Below are positions 36,832 to 48,251 of a stretch of 54,214 nt of DNA, piece after piece; within the stretch, counting starts at the first letter, position 1, and each line of letters begins with the position of its first letter. Source of the DNA: Candidatus Hydrogenedentota bacterium (GTDB lineage Bacteria; Hydrogenedentota; Hydrogenedentia; Hydrogenedentales; JAEUWI01); NCBI GenBank assembly GCA_034669905.1, contig JAXMOL010000050.1:1-54214 (forward strand). The letters run 5' to 3'. Under the pieces are notes generated by a model, which saw only the letters and a list, made by a program, of their open reading frames with translations, had not been told where the DNA came from and searched no databases. The translations under genes and the position numbers were made by a program.

Positions 36832-37779
36832 TTAGCCTTCCTTATTCCAAATCATTCGCTCAATGAGTGGCATGTACTCCGACCACTCCTGATTCTTGTC
36901 CTTGGAATCCTGAATGATGCGGGAGAAGGCGGCTGCCTGGGCATCCAGATTATCAATATGATGGAGCACAATCGCTTCCAGCGACTTGGGCACCACCGGC
37001 GATCCATACTGCAACTCACCATGATGAGACAGAATGCAGTGCAACAATTCGAGCCGCAGCGACTCCGGAAACCCATCGATCTCGGCAATCCGCTTCGACA
37101 CCATCTCCGCACCGAGGTGGACGTGACCGAGGAGCCTGCCCACGGTGGTGTAGTCCACACAGAGGTCGTGGGTCATCTCGTCGAGTTTTCCGATATCATG
37201 GAAAAAGATTGCGGTCATCAACAGATCGCGATCGATGTTGGGATAGAGCTCACACATGGTTTCACCGAGCCGGCACATCTCGTGGGTATGACGCAGCAGC
37301 CCCCCGCGAAACTCGTGGTGCCATTTCTTGGCCGCCGCGGCGCCCGTAAAACGGCCCATGAAATCCGTATCGTTCAAGAAGGCATCGAGCAGGGCCTTTA
37401 ACCAGGTATTCTGCACCGATTCGAGAATTCCCCGCACCCCCGCGATATCTTCTTCCATGCTATCCGGGGTGAACACCAGATCCGACACGTCATACTCGCC
37501 GTCGCGCAGGGGCAACACACGCTCCACCTGCAGCTGAAGACGGCCCTGGTAGGAATTCACTTTGGCCTTGACGTTGACCACGTCACCCACCTGAAACTGG
37601 CGCGACACTTCCGCCGCATTGTTCCACATGATCCCGCCGATTTCACCGGTGCGATCTTTGAAGACCATTCCCAGGAATTTGCCCCCATCCTGCTTCGACC
37701 GCAGATCGTTGCGCGTCGCGATAAACACATCATTGACAACATCCCCCTCTTGGAGGCTATTGACGTACTGATTCTTCAT
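36832..37779 (-). CDS. yhaM: 3'-5' exoribonuclease YhaM family (OB + HD)
   Basis: KDRTGEI, AAKKWHH...GGLLRHT, HDIGK, GRLLGH, LSHHG..GSP. Confidence 0.88.
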   Translation of the reverse strand: MKNQYVNSLQEGDVVNDVFIATRNDLRSKQDGGKFLGMVFKDRTGEIGGIMWNNAAEVSRQFQVGDVVNVKAKVNSYQGRLQLQVERVLPLRDGEYDVSDLVFTPDSMEEDIAGVRGILESVQNTWLKALLDAFLNDTDFMGRFTGAAAAKKWHHEFRGGLLRHTHEMCRLGETMCELYPNIDRDLLMTAIFFHDIGKLDEMTHDLCVDYTTVGRLLGHVHLGAEMVSKRIAEIDGFPESLRLELLHCILSHHGELQYGSPVVPKSLEAIVLHHIDNLDAQAAAFSRIIQDSKDKNQEWSEYMPLIERMIWNKEG

Positions 37780-37844
37780 GACCTTCTCCAAACTACAACG
37801 CCGAAAGCGGGCGTAAGCGCTCTCCCAACGACCACACGCCGGGA

Positions 37845-38708
37845 CTAAAATCCATTATCCTCAGCGCCACCATCTTCCGGTTTCGGCACCTCAGCTGTTG
37901 TCGGAGTCTCTGCAGACGGGGCTTCTACGGCCACCGGATCATAGACCTCGACAAGATAGGCCGATGCATCGGTCGTCGGATCTCCTTCAAAGGCACCCCA
38001 ATGGATGGCATAGACGCCAGGACCCAGGGGCCGGGAAGGACGTATCTCCCACAACAATTGCTCGGGCTCGTCAATGGGTAAGGCCTGAACCGGCACCCGA
38101 ACAGACTCCACCCAAATCGATTCCGTGCCCCCCGACGTCACCTCGCCATCGGGACCCTCCCGAAAGGCCTGGACCTGCTCCAGCCGACTCATACGCCAAT
38201 CATAGGGCGACACCCGAAACCCGACAATACGGTGCAGCGCCTCGGGAACCCGAAAGGCCGGGTCCAGTAAGGTTCCGAAGACCACCGATTTATCTTCTCG
38301 AAGAAAACGCTCCGGCTCGACCCGGGTCCACTCGACGTAGCGATGGGACTCATAGTCAAAAATACCCCGTGCTCCCGGCAGGGGCCACAAGACGACGGGC
38401 GGCACTTCAAGACTGCGGCCCTCCCCGGTGACGATAGCCTGGGTCGCCGACGTGAAGCCTGTTTTCATGTAGTATAGATCCCAACTCCCCGGCGGCACCG
38501 TCAGCCGTCCCGGGCGCAGTCCAAAAAGACCGTTGCCATTGGAGATGGCGAAAAACTCGGTGCCCGTAACCTTTACCGACACCCCCGGCAAGGGCGCACC
38601 AGCCTCGTCCGTCACCAGGCCCGTAAGCGCCACCTGGGGCGAACAGCCTCCCAGGGCCACGGCAACTACCACTATCAACACGCTCAGCCACGGGCAGCGA
38701 CGCACCAT
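37845..38708 (-). CDS. Lipoprotein with carboxypeptidase-regulatory-like domain
   Basis: Lipobox LGGC; G.VTD..G.PLPGVSV.V.GT. Confidence 0.7.
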   Translation of the reverse strand: MVRRCPWLSVLIVVVAVALGGCSPQVALTGLVTDEAGAPLPGVSVKVTGTEFFAISNGNGLFGLRPGRLTVPPGSWDLYYMKTGFTSATQAIVTGEGRSLEVPPVVLWPLPGARGIFDYESHRYVEWTRVEPERFLREDKSVVFGTLLDPAFRVPEALHRIVGFRVSPYDWRMSRLEQVQAFREGPDGEVTSGGTESIWVESVRVPVQALPIDEPEQLLWEIRPSRPLGPGVYAIHWGAFEGDPTTDASAYLVEVYDPVAVEAPSAETPTTAEVPKPEDGGAEDNGF

Positions 38709-38827
38709 CATTCCTCCACGGAGTGTTATACCCCGTATCCATCGACTACTCACCGTTCACCTGCCCATCCACAAAGGGCCCGGTACCGACCCTTCTTTCG
38801 AATCCTTTCGACCGCACGGCACGTCCA

Positions 38828-39592
38828 TCAAAAGACGTGAACCCGCATATAGGCCGCATTCATACGGGCACTCTCTAGTGGATCCCGCGCGGACTCATCT
38901 TGTTCCACGATCAGCCATTCCACGCCGATTTCCCCGGCAGCCTTGAGCACGGGCCCGAACTTGGTCGCGCCGTTCCCCAACTCCGTAATATGGGGTTCTT
39001 CGCCCTCATAGCGCTGTTTGATATCCTTGATGTGCAGCAGGGGGATCCGACCTTCATACTTTTTCATCACGGCCAGGGTGTCCGCTCCGCCGTAGTGGGA
39101 CCAGCCTACATCCAGCTCAATCGACAGGGACGCAGGATCGGCGGCCTCGAAGACCGCATCGAAGGGCGTCTTCCCGTCGATGGCCTCAAACTCCACGCTA
39201 TGATTGTGATAGCACAACGTAATTCCAGCGGCCTTGAATGCTTCGCCCATCACCGCCATTTCCGCGCCCCGCGCCGACCAATCGGCCAGCTGGGTATGCG
39301 CTTCGGGATCGAGCCATGGGATAACCGCCCACCGCACGCCGAGGGCCTGGCATTCGGCGATGGCCCCTGCGAGATCGCTCTGACAACGCGCGAATTCAAC
39401 GTGGCAGGAAATCACGGACAACCCTGCGGCCTTCAGCGCCGCCTGAAACTCTTCCACGGAGAGCCCGGCCAGGCCGTAGAGCTCTACATGGTCGTAGCCC
39501 GCTTTCTTGACCCGTTCCAGGGTGCCGGCGGTGTCTTCCTGCAGTGCGTCACGTACGGAATAGAGTTGCAAAGCAAAGGGTAATTTGGCCAT
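38828..39592 (-). CDS. Sugar phosphate isomerase/epimerase (xylose isomerase-like TIM barrel)
   Basis: LQLYSVR, YHNH..EF, ELDVGW, HIKD, VEQD. Confidence 0.9.
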   Translation of the reverse strand: MAKLPFALQLYSVRDALQEDTAGTLERVKKAGYDHVELYGLAGLSVEEFQAALKAAGLSVISCHVEFARCQSDLAGAIAECQALGVRWAVIPWLDPEAHTQLADWSARGAEMAVMGEAFKAAGITLCYHNHSVEFEAIDGKTPFDAVFEAADPASLSIELDVGWSHYGGADTLAVMKKYEGRIPLLHIKDIKQRYEGEEPHITELGNGATKFGPVLKAAGEIGVEWLIVEQDESARDPLESARMNAAYMRVHVF

Positions 39593-39710
39593 GAAGCGAG
39601 CCCCTTTCAATGGGATACGACGTTGAAAAGAAATTCCCCGAAGCGGATCCGAGGCACGAGCCCATTCTATACGAGGAACCCATTGGATACAAACGGAGCC
39701 GTGGCAACAC

Positions 39711-39744
39711 AAAAACGGGAGCAACGCATATTACGTTGCTCCCG
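39711..39744 (-). terminator. Rho-independent terminator of the alpha operon
   Basis: 11-bp stem CGGGAGCAACG/CGTTGCTCCCG with T5 on the minus strand, after rplQ. Confidence 0.85.
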
Positions 39745-39783
39745 GAATGTACCTGTTAACCGCCGTAGGCGGGGAGTCCCGGC

Positions 39784-40161
39784 TTAGTCTTCTGCCTGGT
39801 ACTCACCCATCTCGACCAACTCAATGCGCGCCATGGGGGCGGCATCACCGACCCGGTTGCCCAGGCGCAGAATGCGCGTGTAGCCGCCGGGACGCTCGGC
39901 ATAGGCCGGTCCGATGGTCGTAAAAAGCTTCGTTACGGCTTCTTTGTCACGGAGCTTCGCAAAAGCGCGCCGACGATTGGCAACGGTATCTACTTTGCAC
40001 AGCGTGATGATGGGTTCTGCAAACCGACGCAGTTCCTTGGCTTTCAAATGACCCGTTTCAATCGCATTGTGGTGAAACAGCGCCACGGCCAAACTCTGCA
40101 TCGTCGCCTTACGGTGGGACATGTTACGTCCCAGGCGTCTACCTGCTTTGCGATGCCGCAT
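39784..40161 (-). CDS. rplQ: 50S ribosomal protein L17
   Basis: [24 protein letters not shown]. Confidence 0.98.
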   Translation of the reverse strand: MRHRKAGRRLGRNMSHRKATMQSLAVALFHHNAIETGHLKAKELRRFAEPIITLCKVDTVANRRRAFAKLRDKEAVTKLFTTIGPAYAERPGGYTRILRLGNRVGDAAPMARIELVEMGEYQAED

Positions 40162-40163
40162 GA

Positions 40164-41174
40164 TTATTCATCCTCATTGATATCAGGTTCGGGGGCGCCA
40201 ACCGCAGCGGCGGCAGCTCCGACTTTCATTCCAAGTGACATGCCCATCGATTCGAGAAGGGCCTTAATCTCGTCGAGCGACTTTTTGCCGAAGTTGTGAA
40301 ACTGCAACATTTCGCTCTCTTCACGGACCACCAGATCACCGATGGTACGGATATTCGCTGCTTTCAGGCAGTTCGCCGCACGCACACTCAACTCGAGCTC
40401 ATCTACCGTGCGGGCCAGGGAGCGCATCAATTCCGGATCTTCCGTGGAAGACTCGGCGGCGCTGTCATCACCCTCTTGTTCCTGCTTCACGAAAATGCGC
40501 AGGTGACCAATCAGGAGGCTCGCGGCTTCTTCCAGCGCGTTCTCCGGTGTAATCGAACCGTTGGTCCAAATATCCAGCAACAGGCGGTCATAGTCCGTCG
40601 TCTGTCCGACACGCGCGTCTTCTACCTGGAAATTCACCTTCTTAACCGGTGAAAAGTTGGCGTCCAGGTAAATCGTGTCAATGGGCGCGTGTTCCAGCTC
40701 AAAGTGCTCCGCCGTAAGATACCCACGGCCACGGGCGACCTTGATCTCCATCTCCAACTTCGTCGATTTGGAAGTGGACGTCATAATCACATGCGTCGGG
40801 TCAAAGACGTCGACCAGTTCCTGGTCGCCGAAGATATCGCCCGTCGTAATTTCGCCTTCGCCACTGTAGGAGAAGGTAAAAATAAGGGGCTCTTCCCGAT
40901 TCAAACGAATGTCACACTTCTTCAGGTTCAGCACCGCTTCGGTCACATCTTCCCGAACACCGGGAATGGCCGAAAACTCATTGCTGATACCTTCGATTCG
41001 AATCGCTGTTACAGCCGTACCTTCCAAGGAAGCCAGCAGTACACGACGAAGGGAATTCCCTACCGTCGTACCGTAGCCACGTTCAAAAGGCTCTACCGTT
41101 ATGCGTGAATATTTCTCGTTCGACTCATCGTCGATTTTCACGTATCTCGGGATCGTAAATTCTTTTGCTATCAT
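40164..41174 (-). CDS. rpoA: RNA polymerase alpha subunit
   Basis: [39 protein letters not shown]. Confidence 0.98.
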   Translation of the reverse strand: MIAKEFTIPRYVKIDDESNEKYSRITVEPFERGYGTTVGNSLRRVLLASLEGTAVTAIRIEGISNEFSAIPGVREDVTEAVLNLKKCDIRLNREEPLIFTFSYSGEGEITTGDIFGDQELVDVFDPTHVIMTSTSKSTKLEMEIKVARGRGYLTAEHFELEHAPIDTIYLDANFSPVKKVNFQVEDARVGQTTDYDRLLLDIWTNGSITPENALEEAASLLIGHLRIFVKQEQEGDDSAAESSTEDPELMRSLARTVDELELSVRAANCLKAANIRTIGDLVVREESEMLQFHNFGKKSLDEIKALLESMGMSLGMKVGAAAAAVGAPEPDINEDE

Positions 41175-41281
41175 CTATCCACGCCTTTCAGGACTCAAGC
41201 TATCCAATAGCCCCCACTCAGACCAACGCCATGTGACACCACGTCTCGAATCAGACCCCAGATCCGAGTACGAATGCGGTG

Positions 41282-41680
41282 CTACACCCGGCGACGCTTG
41301 GGAGGGCGACATCCGTTGTGCGGAACACTGGTCACGTCTTTGATCAGTGACACACCCAGGCCAGCAGCCTGAATCGCACGGATAGCCGACTCACGTCCAG
41401 CACCCGGTCCGTTCACGTAAACGCGAACTTCTTTGAGTCCAATCTCCAGAGCCTTGGTGCTCGCCTGTTCAGCGGCAAGCTGCGCGGCAAAGGCCGTGCT
41501 CTTGCGGGAACCGGAGAACCCAACCTGGCCCGCGCTTGACCACGCGATTACGTTCCCCTGGGGGTCCGTAATAGAGATAATCGTGTTATTAAAAGTCGCC
41601 TGAATATGTGCAACGCCCGAAGTCGAGTTTAATGCAACACGGCGCTTCTTGCTCTTGCCTTTTTTTTTCTCTTTCGCCAC
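41282..41680 (-). CDS. rpsK: 30S ribosomal protein S11
   Basis: [20 protein letters not shown]. Confidence 0.98.
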   Translation of the reverse strand: MAKEKKKGKSKKRRVALNSTSGVAHIQATFNNTIISITDPQGNVIAWSSAGQVGFSGSRKSTAFAAQLAAEQASTKALEIGLKEVRVYVNGPGAGRESAIRAIQAAGLGVSLIKDVTSVPHNGCRPPKRRRV

Positions 41681-41721
41681 GTGACGGTGCCTCCTTTGGC
41701 ATCAAGGTTGACTGTCTGTAC

Positions 41722-42087
41722 TTACTTCTTCTTAACGGCCATACGACGGGGACCCTTCCGGGTCCGGGCATTGGTACTGGTGCGCTGACCACGAACCGGG
41801 AGACCGCGCTTGTGGCGCTGACCGCGGTAGCAGTTAATTTCCATGAGGCGCTTCACATTCGCCGATACTTCACGGCGCAGATCACCTTCTACCTTGTACT
41901 CCGTCTGAATGGTGGAGGAGAGCAGGTTAGCTTCTTCATCGGAAAGATCGCGAACGCGGGTATCGGGATTGATACCCACCTTCTCCAAGAGTTTCCGAGC
42001 CCTGGTCAGACCGATCCCATAGATCGACTGCAAACCAGCTTCCACACGCTTTTCCCGGGGAAGGTCTACACCTATAACACGAGCCAT
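41722..42087 (-). CDS. rpsM: 30S ribosomal protein S13
   Basis: [23 protein letters not shown]. Confidence 0.98.
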   Translation of the reverse strand: MARVIGVDLPREKRVEAGLQSIYGIGLTRARKLLEKVGINPDTRVRDLSDEEANLLSSTIQTEYKVEGDLRREVSANVKRLMEINCYRGQRHKRGLPVRGQRTSTNARTRKGPRRMAVKKK

Positions 42088-42139
42088 GTCCTAAGTTCTC
42101 CTACGGAACGTCCCACGTAAACTACGCGGACCTCCCTTC

Positions 42140-42253
42140 CTATCCTTGTCGCTGCTTGTGCTTGGGGTTTTCACAGATGACCCGTACCCGACCATGACGC
42201 CGAATAATCTTGCACTTTTCACAAATCTTCTTTACAGAACTGCGTACTTTCAC
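42140..42253 (-). CDS. rpmJ: 50S ribosomal protein L36 (Zn-binding type; not in the ORF track)
   Basis: Manual translation from [40 protein letters not shown]. Confidence 0.97.
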   Translation of the reverse strand: MKVRSSVKKICEKCKIIRRHGRVRVICENPKHKQRQG

Positions 42254-42293
42254 TATCTATCTCCCGTGGGTCCGGATCTTCCGGCACCTTCGA

Positions 42294-43073
42294 TTAGGAC
42301 GCTTTACGCTGGCCCCAACTATGTACCTTGGAACCAGACAATATCTCACCACCACCTTCGCGTACGACCACGCTATGCTCAAAGTGCGCACTCGGCTTTC
42401 CGTCCAGCGTCACCGCGGTCCAGTCGTCCTCCAGCACCTTGAACTTCTCCGTGCCCAGGTTAATCATGGGCTCAATCGCCAGGACCATCCCCGCCTTAAG
42501 GCGCGGACCCCGACGACCATCATCATAATTCGGTATCTGCGGTTCTTCGTGCATCGCGGTACCAATACCGTGACCTACGAAGTCCCGTACAATGCCATAG
42601 CCTTTCGGCACGCAGACCGATTCCACAGCCCGACCAATGTCTTGAAGCACATTGCCGGCTGCGGCGGCCTTAATGGCCTCGCTCAACGCCAGGTCGGTCG
42701 CCTCAAGCAGGGCCTGACGATCGGCATCCACCGGGCCGCAAGGCCAGGATACCGCCGCATCGCCATAATATCCTCGGTAGGCTACGCCTACATCAATACT
42801 TACTATCTCGCCCGCTTGGAGCTTCCGATTTCCCGGAATTCCGTGGACAATCACTTCATCGACCGATATGCAGGTCGCTGCGGGATACCCATGGTATCCC
42901 TTAAACGCGGGCTTCGCATCGGACGAAAGAATGATATCTTCCGCCACCGCATCCAACTCCGCCGTCGTCACGCCGGGCGCGACCATCGCCTGAAGGGCAT
43001 CATGCACCTTGGCCACGATTTGATTCGCCTCCCGAAGAAGGTCTATTTCGCGCTCGCTTCGAACCGATATCAT
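42294..43073 (-). CDS. map: Methionine aminopeptidase type I
   Basis: VHGIP, SIDVG, GHGIG..MHEEP, AIEPM, SAHFEH. Confidence 0.97.
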   Translation of the reverse strand: MISVRSEREIDLLREANQIVAKVHDALQAMVAPGVTTAELDAVAEDIILSSDAKPAFKGYHGYPAATCISVDEVIVHGIPGNRKLQAGEIVSIDVGVAYRGYYGDAAVSWPCGPVDADRQALLEATDLALSEAIKAAAAGNVLQDIGRAVESVCVPKGYGIVRDFVGHGIGTAMHEEPQIPNYDDGRRGPRLKAGMVLAIEPMINLGTEKFKVLEDDWTAVTLDGKPSAHFEHSVVVREGGGEILSGSKVHSWGQRKAS

Positions 43074-43208
43074 CACTTGCCTGACGTCACCATCTTGGGT
43101 GGCTATGCTGGTGTGACTCCACTGGTATCCACACACAAACGACGTATAGTTTATACTAACGGACCTACCGAAGTCTTGTCCGTTCTAAAATTAACTCAGA
43201 ACCGGGTT

Positions 43209-44540
43209 TCAGGTACCCCGACGGGCCCGTACACGACCGGCACCGCCCTTGGGCGAAAACCCGTCATAGTGACGCATGGTCAGGTGCTGTTCAATCTGTT
43301 TAATCGTATCCAGCGCCACACCCACCAGGATGAGCAGGCTCGTACCACCAAAGAACTGAACAATCATCCAGTCGGGCACATTGAGGAAGACGTATACGAT
43401 TACCGGTAGAATGGCAACCAGGGTCAGGAAGAGCGAACCCACCAGCGTAATACGGGTCATCACCTTGTTCAGGTAATCCGCCGTGGCCTTGCCGGGTCGC
43501 ACACCCACAATCACACCACCATACTTCTTCATGTTATCCGCCAGCTCTACAGGATTGAAGGTAATCGCCGTGTAGAAGAAGGAGAAGAAGACAATCAGGA
43601 TGGCATACAGGATGTTGTGTACCAACTGGTCCGGACTGGCAATCTGATTAATAATCAGGGCCAGCGTACCACTGTTGAGGTTCTGGGCCAACATGCCCGG
43701 AAGCATCAGCAGGGAGCTCGCGAAGATAATCGGGATAACACCCGCCTGATTGACCCGAAGGGGAAGGTAGGAACGCTGTCCACCCATCACCCGACGTCCG
43801 CGAACCTGGCGGGGATACTGTACCGGAACCCGACGCTGACCGGTCGTGACCAGGATAGCACCCATCACCACCACTACCATCAGGAAGACCAGGACGATAC
43901 CGGTGAAGATATTCACCTGGTTGGTACCAATCATCCGAATGAGGTTAACAATAGCCGCCGGCATGGACGAGATGATACTGGTGAAGATAATCAGCGAGAT
44001 ACCGTTGCCGATACCGTGCTCACTAATCTGTTCACCCAGCCACATGATAAAGGCCGTACCCGTCGTAAAGGTAACGATACACAGGAGGATGAAACCGAGA
44101 CCCGGATTGGGCACAATTTCCGTGCCCTGGCTCTGGAGGAACATGGCAATGGCCATACTCTGTACCAGACACAGGCCGATGGTGCCATACCGTGTGTATT
44201 CCGTTATCTTCTTCTGCCCTTCCTGGCCCATCTTCTGCAACGCCTCAAGGGCGGGCACAACCGGAATCAGAAGGGACAAAATAATGGAGGCGGTAATATA
44301 GGGCATGATGCCGAGCGCAAAAACCGTGGCATTGGAAAATGCCTGGCCCGTGAACATGTCATAGAAACCGAGAAGACCGCCACCACCGACTTTCTTCGCC
44401 AGGGCAGCACCGTTCACACCCGGGGCCGGAACGTGGCAACCCAGGCGATAGACAGCGAGCATAAGCAGCGAGAAAATGATGCGCTGCTTCAGCTCGGGTA
44501 TCTTAAAGGCATTCTTAAAGGCTTCGATTGGCTCGGACAC
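43209..44540 (-). CDS. secY: Preprotein translocase SecY
   Basis: ALGIMPYITASII, GIGNGISLIIF, AGVIPIIFA, GGTSLLILVGV. Confidence 0.98.
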   Translation of the reverse strand: MSEPIEAFKNAFKIPELKQRIIFSLLMLAVYRLGCHVPAPGVNGAALAKKVGGGGLLGFYDMFTGQAFSNATVFALGIMPYITASIILSLLIPVVPALEALQKMGQEGQKKITEYTRYGTIGLCLVQSMAIAMFLQSQGTEIVPNPGLGFILLCIVTFTTGTAFIMWLGEQISEHGIGNGISLIIFTSIISSMPAAIVNLIRMIGTNQVNIFTGIVLVFLMVVVVMGAILVTTGQRRVPVQYPRQVRGRRVMGGQRSYLPLRVNQAGVIPIIFASSLLMLPGMLAQNLNSGTLALIINQIASPDQLVHNILYAILIVFFSFFYTAITFNPVELADNMKKYGGVIVGVRPGKATADYLNKVMTRITLVGSLFLTLVAILPVIVYVFLNVPDWMIVQFFGGTSLLILVGVALDTIKQIEQHLTMRHYDGFSPKGGAGRVRARRGT

Positions 44541-44551
44541 CCCGTTACTCC

Positions 44552-45043
44552 TTATTCAGCGTTTTCAGCCGTTGCGGCATCAGAGTCAACTCGGGTCGCA
44601 GCGACGATTTCCACGCTGCCACCGGCGGCTTCGATCTTTTTCTGTGCACTCGGCGAGATCGCCTGTACCTTGACCGTAAGCGCCTTCGTCAACTCGCCGC
44701 GGCCCAGAACCTTCAGGCCACCACGGGTCGTCCGTGTCAATCCAATGGCGACAACCGCTTCCGCGGTAATCTCCGCACCCGCTTCAAAGGCCTTCTCCAG
44801 CGCGTCCACGTTTACCACGGCCATGGGCCAACGGTTTTCATGGTTGAACCCACGCTTGGGAAGACGACGGTGCAGCGGCATCTGGCCGCCTTCAAAACCA
44901 AAGTGACGGGAATAACCGGCGCGGGACTTCTGACCCTTCTGACCACGGCAAGAGGTCTTGCCATGCCCGGAACCTGGGCCACGTCCGACTCGCTTACGCT
45001 TCTTACGTGCGCCGGGGTTATTTTTTAAATCATGCAATTCCAT
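44552..45043 (-). CDS. rplO: 50S ribosomal protein L15
   Basis: [28 protein letters not shown]. Confidence 0.98.
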   Translation of the reverse strand: MELHDLKNNPGARKKRKRVGRGPGSGHGKTSCRGQKGQKSRAGYSRHFGFEGGQMPLHRRLPKRGFNHENRWPMAVVNVDALEKAFEAGAEITAEAVVAIGLTRTTRGGLKVLGRGELTKALTVKVQAISPSAQKKIEAAGGSVEIVAATRVDSDAATAENAE

Positions 45044-45099
45044 GTGCTCGGTACTTTCCTGTCCGTGCCGTCGCCATCAGGGGCGAATACGGGCCTGCC

Positions 45100-45633
45100 T
45101 TAGAGTATTTCGGCCACATCCAGACCACGCAGCGCAGCAATCTGCTCGGCGGTCTTCAGTTGCTTCAGGCCTTCAATCGCTGCCCACACCACGTTCGTCG
45201 CGTTGTTGGAACCGAGCGATTTGGTCAAAATGTTCTGATATCCCGCAGCTTCCACAACGGCACGCACAGCGCCGCCCGCTACAATACCGGTACCCAGCGA
45301 GGCCGGCTTCATCAACACCGCCGCCGAATCGGAACGTCCCGTTACCTGGTGGGGCACCGTGGTGTTTACCACCGGCACGCGCACCATGTTGTTCCGGGCA
45401 CGTTCAATGGCCTTACGAATGGCATTGGGGACTTCCGTCGCCTTACCCATCGCAGCACCGACGCGACCTTTACCATCACCCACAACGACGATTGCGCTGA
45501 AGCTGAAACGGCGACCGCCCTTCACCACCTTCGCCACGCGATAGATTTTGACCACGTGTTCGATGAACTCGTTGTCTTTATCCTGGTTATCGCGACTGCG
45601 TTTATCTCGCTTGTTGCCTCGATCTGTACTCAA
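45100..45633 (-). CDS. rpsE: 30S ribosomal protein S5
   Basis: [25 protein letters not shown] start with AGGAG RBS. Confidence 0.97.
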   Translation of the reverse strand: MSTDRGNKRDKRSRDNQDKDNEFIEHVVKIYRVAKVVKGGRRFSFSAIVVVGDGKGRVGAAMGKATEVPNAIRKAIERARNNMVRVPVVNTTVPHQVTGRSDSAAVLMKPASLGTGIVAGGAVRAVVEAAGYQNILTKSLGSNNATNVVWAAIEGLKQLKTAEQIAALRGLDVAEIL

Positions 45634-45643
45634 GAGACTGCTC

Positions 45644-46000
45644 CTAGAATTGAAGACCCGTTTCACGTGCCGCGTCAGCTAAAGCCTTGACCCGTCCGTG
45701 GTAGAGATTACCGCCTCGGTCAAACGCTACTTGTTCAATGTTCTGCGCTTTGGCACGCTCACCGAGCGACTTGCCAACTTCCTTGGCAGCGTCTACGGTG
45801 CCACCCGCAATCTTAAGCGCGACCGACGAACTGGAAGCCAACGTGGATCCCGTCGTATCGTCGATAATCTGTGCATAAATATGTTTCGTGGAGCGCACCA
45901 CCCGAAGACGGGGACGCTCCGTCGTGCCTTCAACCCGTTTCCGGATCCGACGCTGACGACGCTCTCGGAGCACTTTCGTATAGGTCGTTTTCTTAGCCAT
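45644..46000 (-). CDS. rplR: 50S ribosomal protein L18
   Basis: [28 protein letters not shown]. Confidence 0.98.
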   Translation of the reverse strand: MAKKTTYTKVLRERRQRRIRKRVEGTTERPRLRVVRSTKHIYAQIIDDTTGSTLASSSSVALKIAGGTVDAAKEVGKSLGERAKAQNIEQVAFDRGGNLYHGRVKALADAARETGLQF

Positions 46001-46057
46001 GTTCTACCTTTCCTGGGCCACAGGTCGCTGACCTGGACCGCGAAACGCATTAGAAAA

Positions 46058-46597
46058 TTATTTACCGCCCGCTTTACCGGCCTTACGACGAACATGTTCG
46101 TTCTGGTAGCGGACGCCCTTGCCTTTATAGGGCTCTGGCTTACGGAACGCGCGCACATCGGCGGCCACCTGGCCAACCAGCTGCTTGCTGATACCGCTGA
46201 CCTTGACCGTCTGCTGGCCTTCGACCGTAAACGTGATGCCTTCGGGCGGGTCCACCGATACCGGGTGACTGAAGCCCAGGAGCAGGTTCAGGCTCTTGCC
46301 CTGCAATGAAGCACGGTAGCCAACGCCTTCGATAACGAGCGTGCGCTCGTAGCCTTCGGTAACACCCACCACCATATTATTGATGAGGGCGCGGGTCAGA
46401 CCATGAAAGGCCCGGTCCTGGCCGGAATCCGTGGGGCGCGACACGACGATTTCGTTCTCTGCCACCTCGATACCGATTCCAGGCTGAAATGTTTCTTCCA
46501 AGGTGCCCTTGGGGCCCGTGACTGTCAACGTGCTGCCTTTAAGCGCGCACTTCACGCCACTGGGTACCGGCACTGGCAGGTTTCCTACTCGCGACAC
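46058..46597 (-). CDS. rplF: 50S ribosomal protein L6
   Basis: SRVG..PV, GVGYRA, PEPYKGKGVRY. Confidence 0.98.
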   Translation of the reverse strand: MSRVGNLPVPVPSGVKCALKGSTLTVTGPKGTLEETFQPGIGIEVAENEIVVSRPTDSGQDRAFHGLTRALINNMVVGVTEGYERTLVIEGVGYRASLQGKSLNLLLGFSHPVSVDPPEGITFTVEGQQTVKVSGISKQLVGQVAADVRAFRKPEPYKGKGVRYQNEHVRRKAGKAGGK

Positions 46598-46681
46598 GAC
46601 CAAATCCTTTCACATACCAACCCGAATTCACTGGGCCGGTTGTCTTCAAACTCGCAGTATACAGTTTCCAGCAGGCGCTGC

Positions 46682-47080
46682 CTACCAGACCTCGCACAAC
46701 ACTTCACCACCCACCTTGGCATGACGGGCCTTCTTGCCCGTCATCACGCCACCGGAGGTGCTAATGATGGAAATACCAAGCCCGCTGCAAACCGGCTTAA
46801 TATCCTGGCTGCCCACGTACACCCGGAGACTGGGCTTGCTCACCCGCTTCAGGCCCTGAACAACCGCCTTGCGATCCCGGCCATATTTCATATGGATCCG
46901 AATCGAACCGGGCTTCGGCTCTTCAACGACCGTATATTCGCTGATATAACCTTCTTCTTTTAACACGCGGCAAATCTCTACCTTCAGGCGAGACGCCGGC
47001 ACATCCACAGTCTTGTGTTGAGCCTGGGCCGCGTTGCGCACGCGTGTCAGCAGGTCAGCGATGGGATCACTCATTGACAT
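46682..47080 (-). CDS. rpsH: 30S ribosomal protein S8
   Basis: DPIADLLTRVRNA, SKPSLRVY, GGEVLCEVW. Confidence 0.98.
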   Translation of the reverse strand: MSMSDPIADLLTRVRNAAQAQHKTVDVPASRLKVEICRVLKEEGYISEYTVVEEPKPGSIRIHMKYGRDRKAVVQGLKRVSKPSLRVYVGSQDIKPVCSGLGISIISTSGGVMTGKKARHAKVGGEVLCEVW

Positions 47081-47128
47081 GGGCCAAAAATTCCTTATCC
47101 TTTAGCGCCAAGCGACGCAGTATTCCAA

Positions 47129-47314
47129 CTACCAGCTCGACTTCGTCACGCCGGGCAACTTACCCTCAAGCGCCAACGTCCGGAAACAGATGCGGCAGAT
47201 CTGATATTTGCGGATATACGCCTTGGGACGACCACAGCAGCGACAGCGGTTGTAGGCCCGTACCTGAAACTTCGGCGTGCGCTTATTCTTCGCAATCAGT
47301 GATTTTTTAGCCAC
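47129..47314 (-). CDS. rpsN: 30S ribosomal protein S14 (Zn-binding type Z)
   Basis: NRC..CGRP...CRICFR..A..G.LPGV.KSSW. Confidence 0.97.
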   Translation of the reverse strand: MAKKSLIAKNKRTPKFQVRAYNRCRCCGRPKAYIRKYQICRICFRTLALEGKLPGVTKSSW

Positions 47315-47882
47315 GTTTCTCTCCTGCAGCAGTGCCGCTCGTTACAAAGGGCATTCCCATTTTACGCAACAACTCACGGCTCTGTTCCGTCGAATTACTC
47401 CGCGCCATCACGAAGGTGATGTTCATGCCGCGCGTACGGGCCAGCTTATCCTGGTCAACTTCCGGGAAGATCGACTGGTCTTTGATGCCGAGCGTATAGT
47501 TGCCCTGGCCGTCAAAGGACTTGGCCGATACACCGCGAAAGTCTCGGATACGCGGCATGGCCACGTTGAAGAGCCGGTCGATGAATTCATACATCCGCTC
47601 GCCACGCAGGGTGACCATGCAGCCAATCTTCACGCCCTCACGGAGCTTGAAGTTCGAGATCGACTTGCGGGCCGTGCGGACGCTCGGGAACTGACCGGTA
47701 ATCGCGGTCAGCTCTTCAATCGCCGCATCGAGCAGTCGGGCATCGCCAATCGCATCGCCAACACCCATGTTGACCACGACCTTTTCGATGACCGGCACTT
47801 GCATGACGTTCTTAATGTCGAACTGCGATTGCAGTTCGCCACGGATTGTCTCATTATACTTCGTCTTGAGTGTTGCAGGCAT
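47307..47882 (-). CDS. rplE: 50S ribosomal protein L5
   Basis: [24 protein letters not shown]. Confidence 0.98.
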   Translation of the reverse strand: MPATLKTKYNETIRGELQSQFDIKNVMQVPVIEKVVVNMGVGDAIGDARLLDAAIEELTAITGQFPSVRTARKSISNFKLREGVKIGCMVTLRGERMYEFIDRLFNVAMPRIRDFRGVSAKSFDGQGNYTLGIKDQSIFPEVDQDKLARTRGMNITFVMARSNSTEQSRELLRKMGMPFVTSGTAAGEKRG

Positions 47883-47926
47883 TTTATGCCACTCCTACAT
47901 GCTGGTTTCGTCCAACGAGGCCGCGC

Positions 47927-48241
47927 TTAGTCGTCCAGCGACTCGCCGTTGACCTTCCACGTACGAACGCGGGAGCCGTCTTCCAAGGTCTTCATCACAA
48001 TTTTGGATGGACCGCCGGTCGCGTCACACCAAGCCATCACGTTGGAGATGTGTATGGGCGCCTCACGCTCTACCACACCGCCAGCCTGGTTACGCGAACC
48101 AGCCTTGGTGTGGCGCTTCATCATATTCACGCCTTCCACAAGGACCCGCTCTTTTTTGCGGTCCACTTCCAGAATGCGGCCGCGCTGGCCCGCGTTTTTA
48201 CCGCGAATTACCAGTACGGTGTCGTTCTTCCGAATATTCAT
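47927..48241 (-). CDS. rplX: 50S ribosomal protein L24
   Basis: IRKNDTVLVI.GK, VEGVN, EAPIHISNV. Confidence 0.97.
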   Translation of the reverse strand: MNIRKNDTVLVIRGKNAGQRGRILEVDRKKERVLVEGVNMMKRHTKAGSRNQAGGVVEREAPIHISNVMAWCDATGGPSKIVMKTLEDGSRVRTWKVNGESLDD

Positions 48242-48251
48242 TATTCGATTC

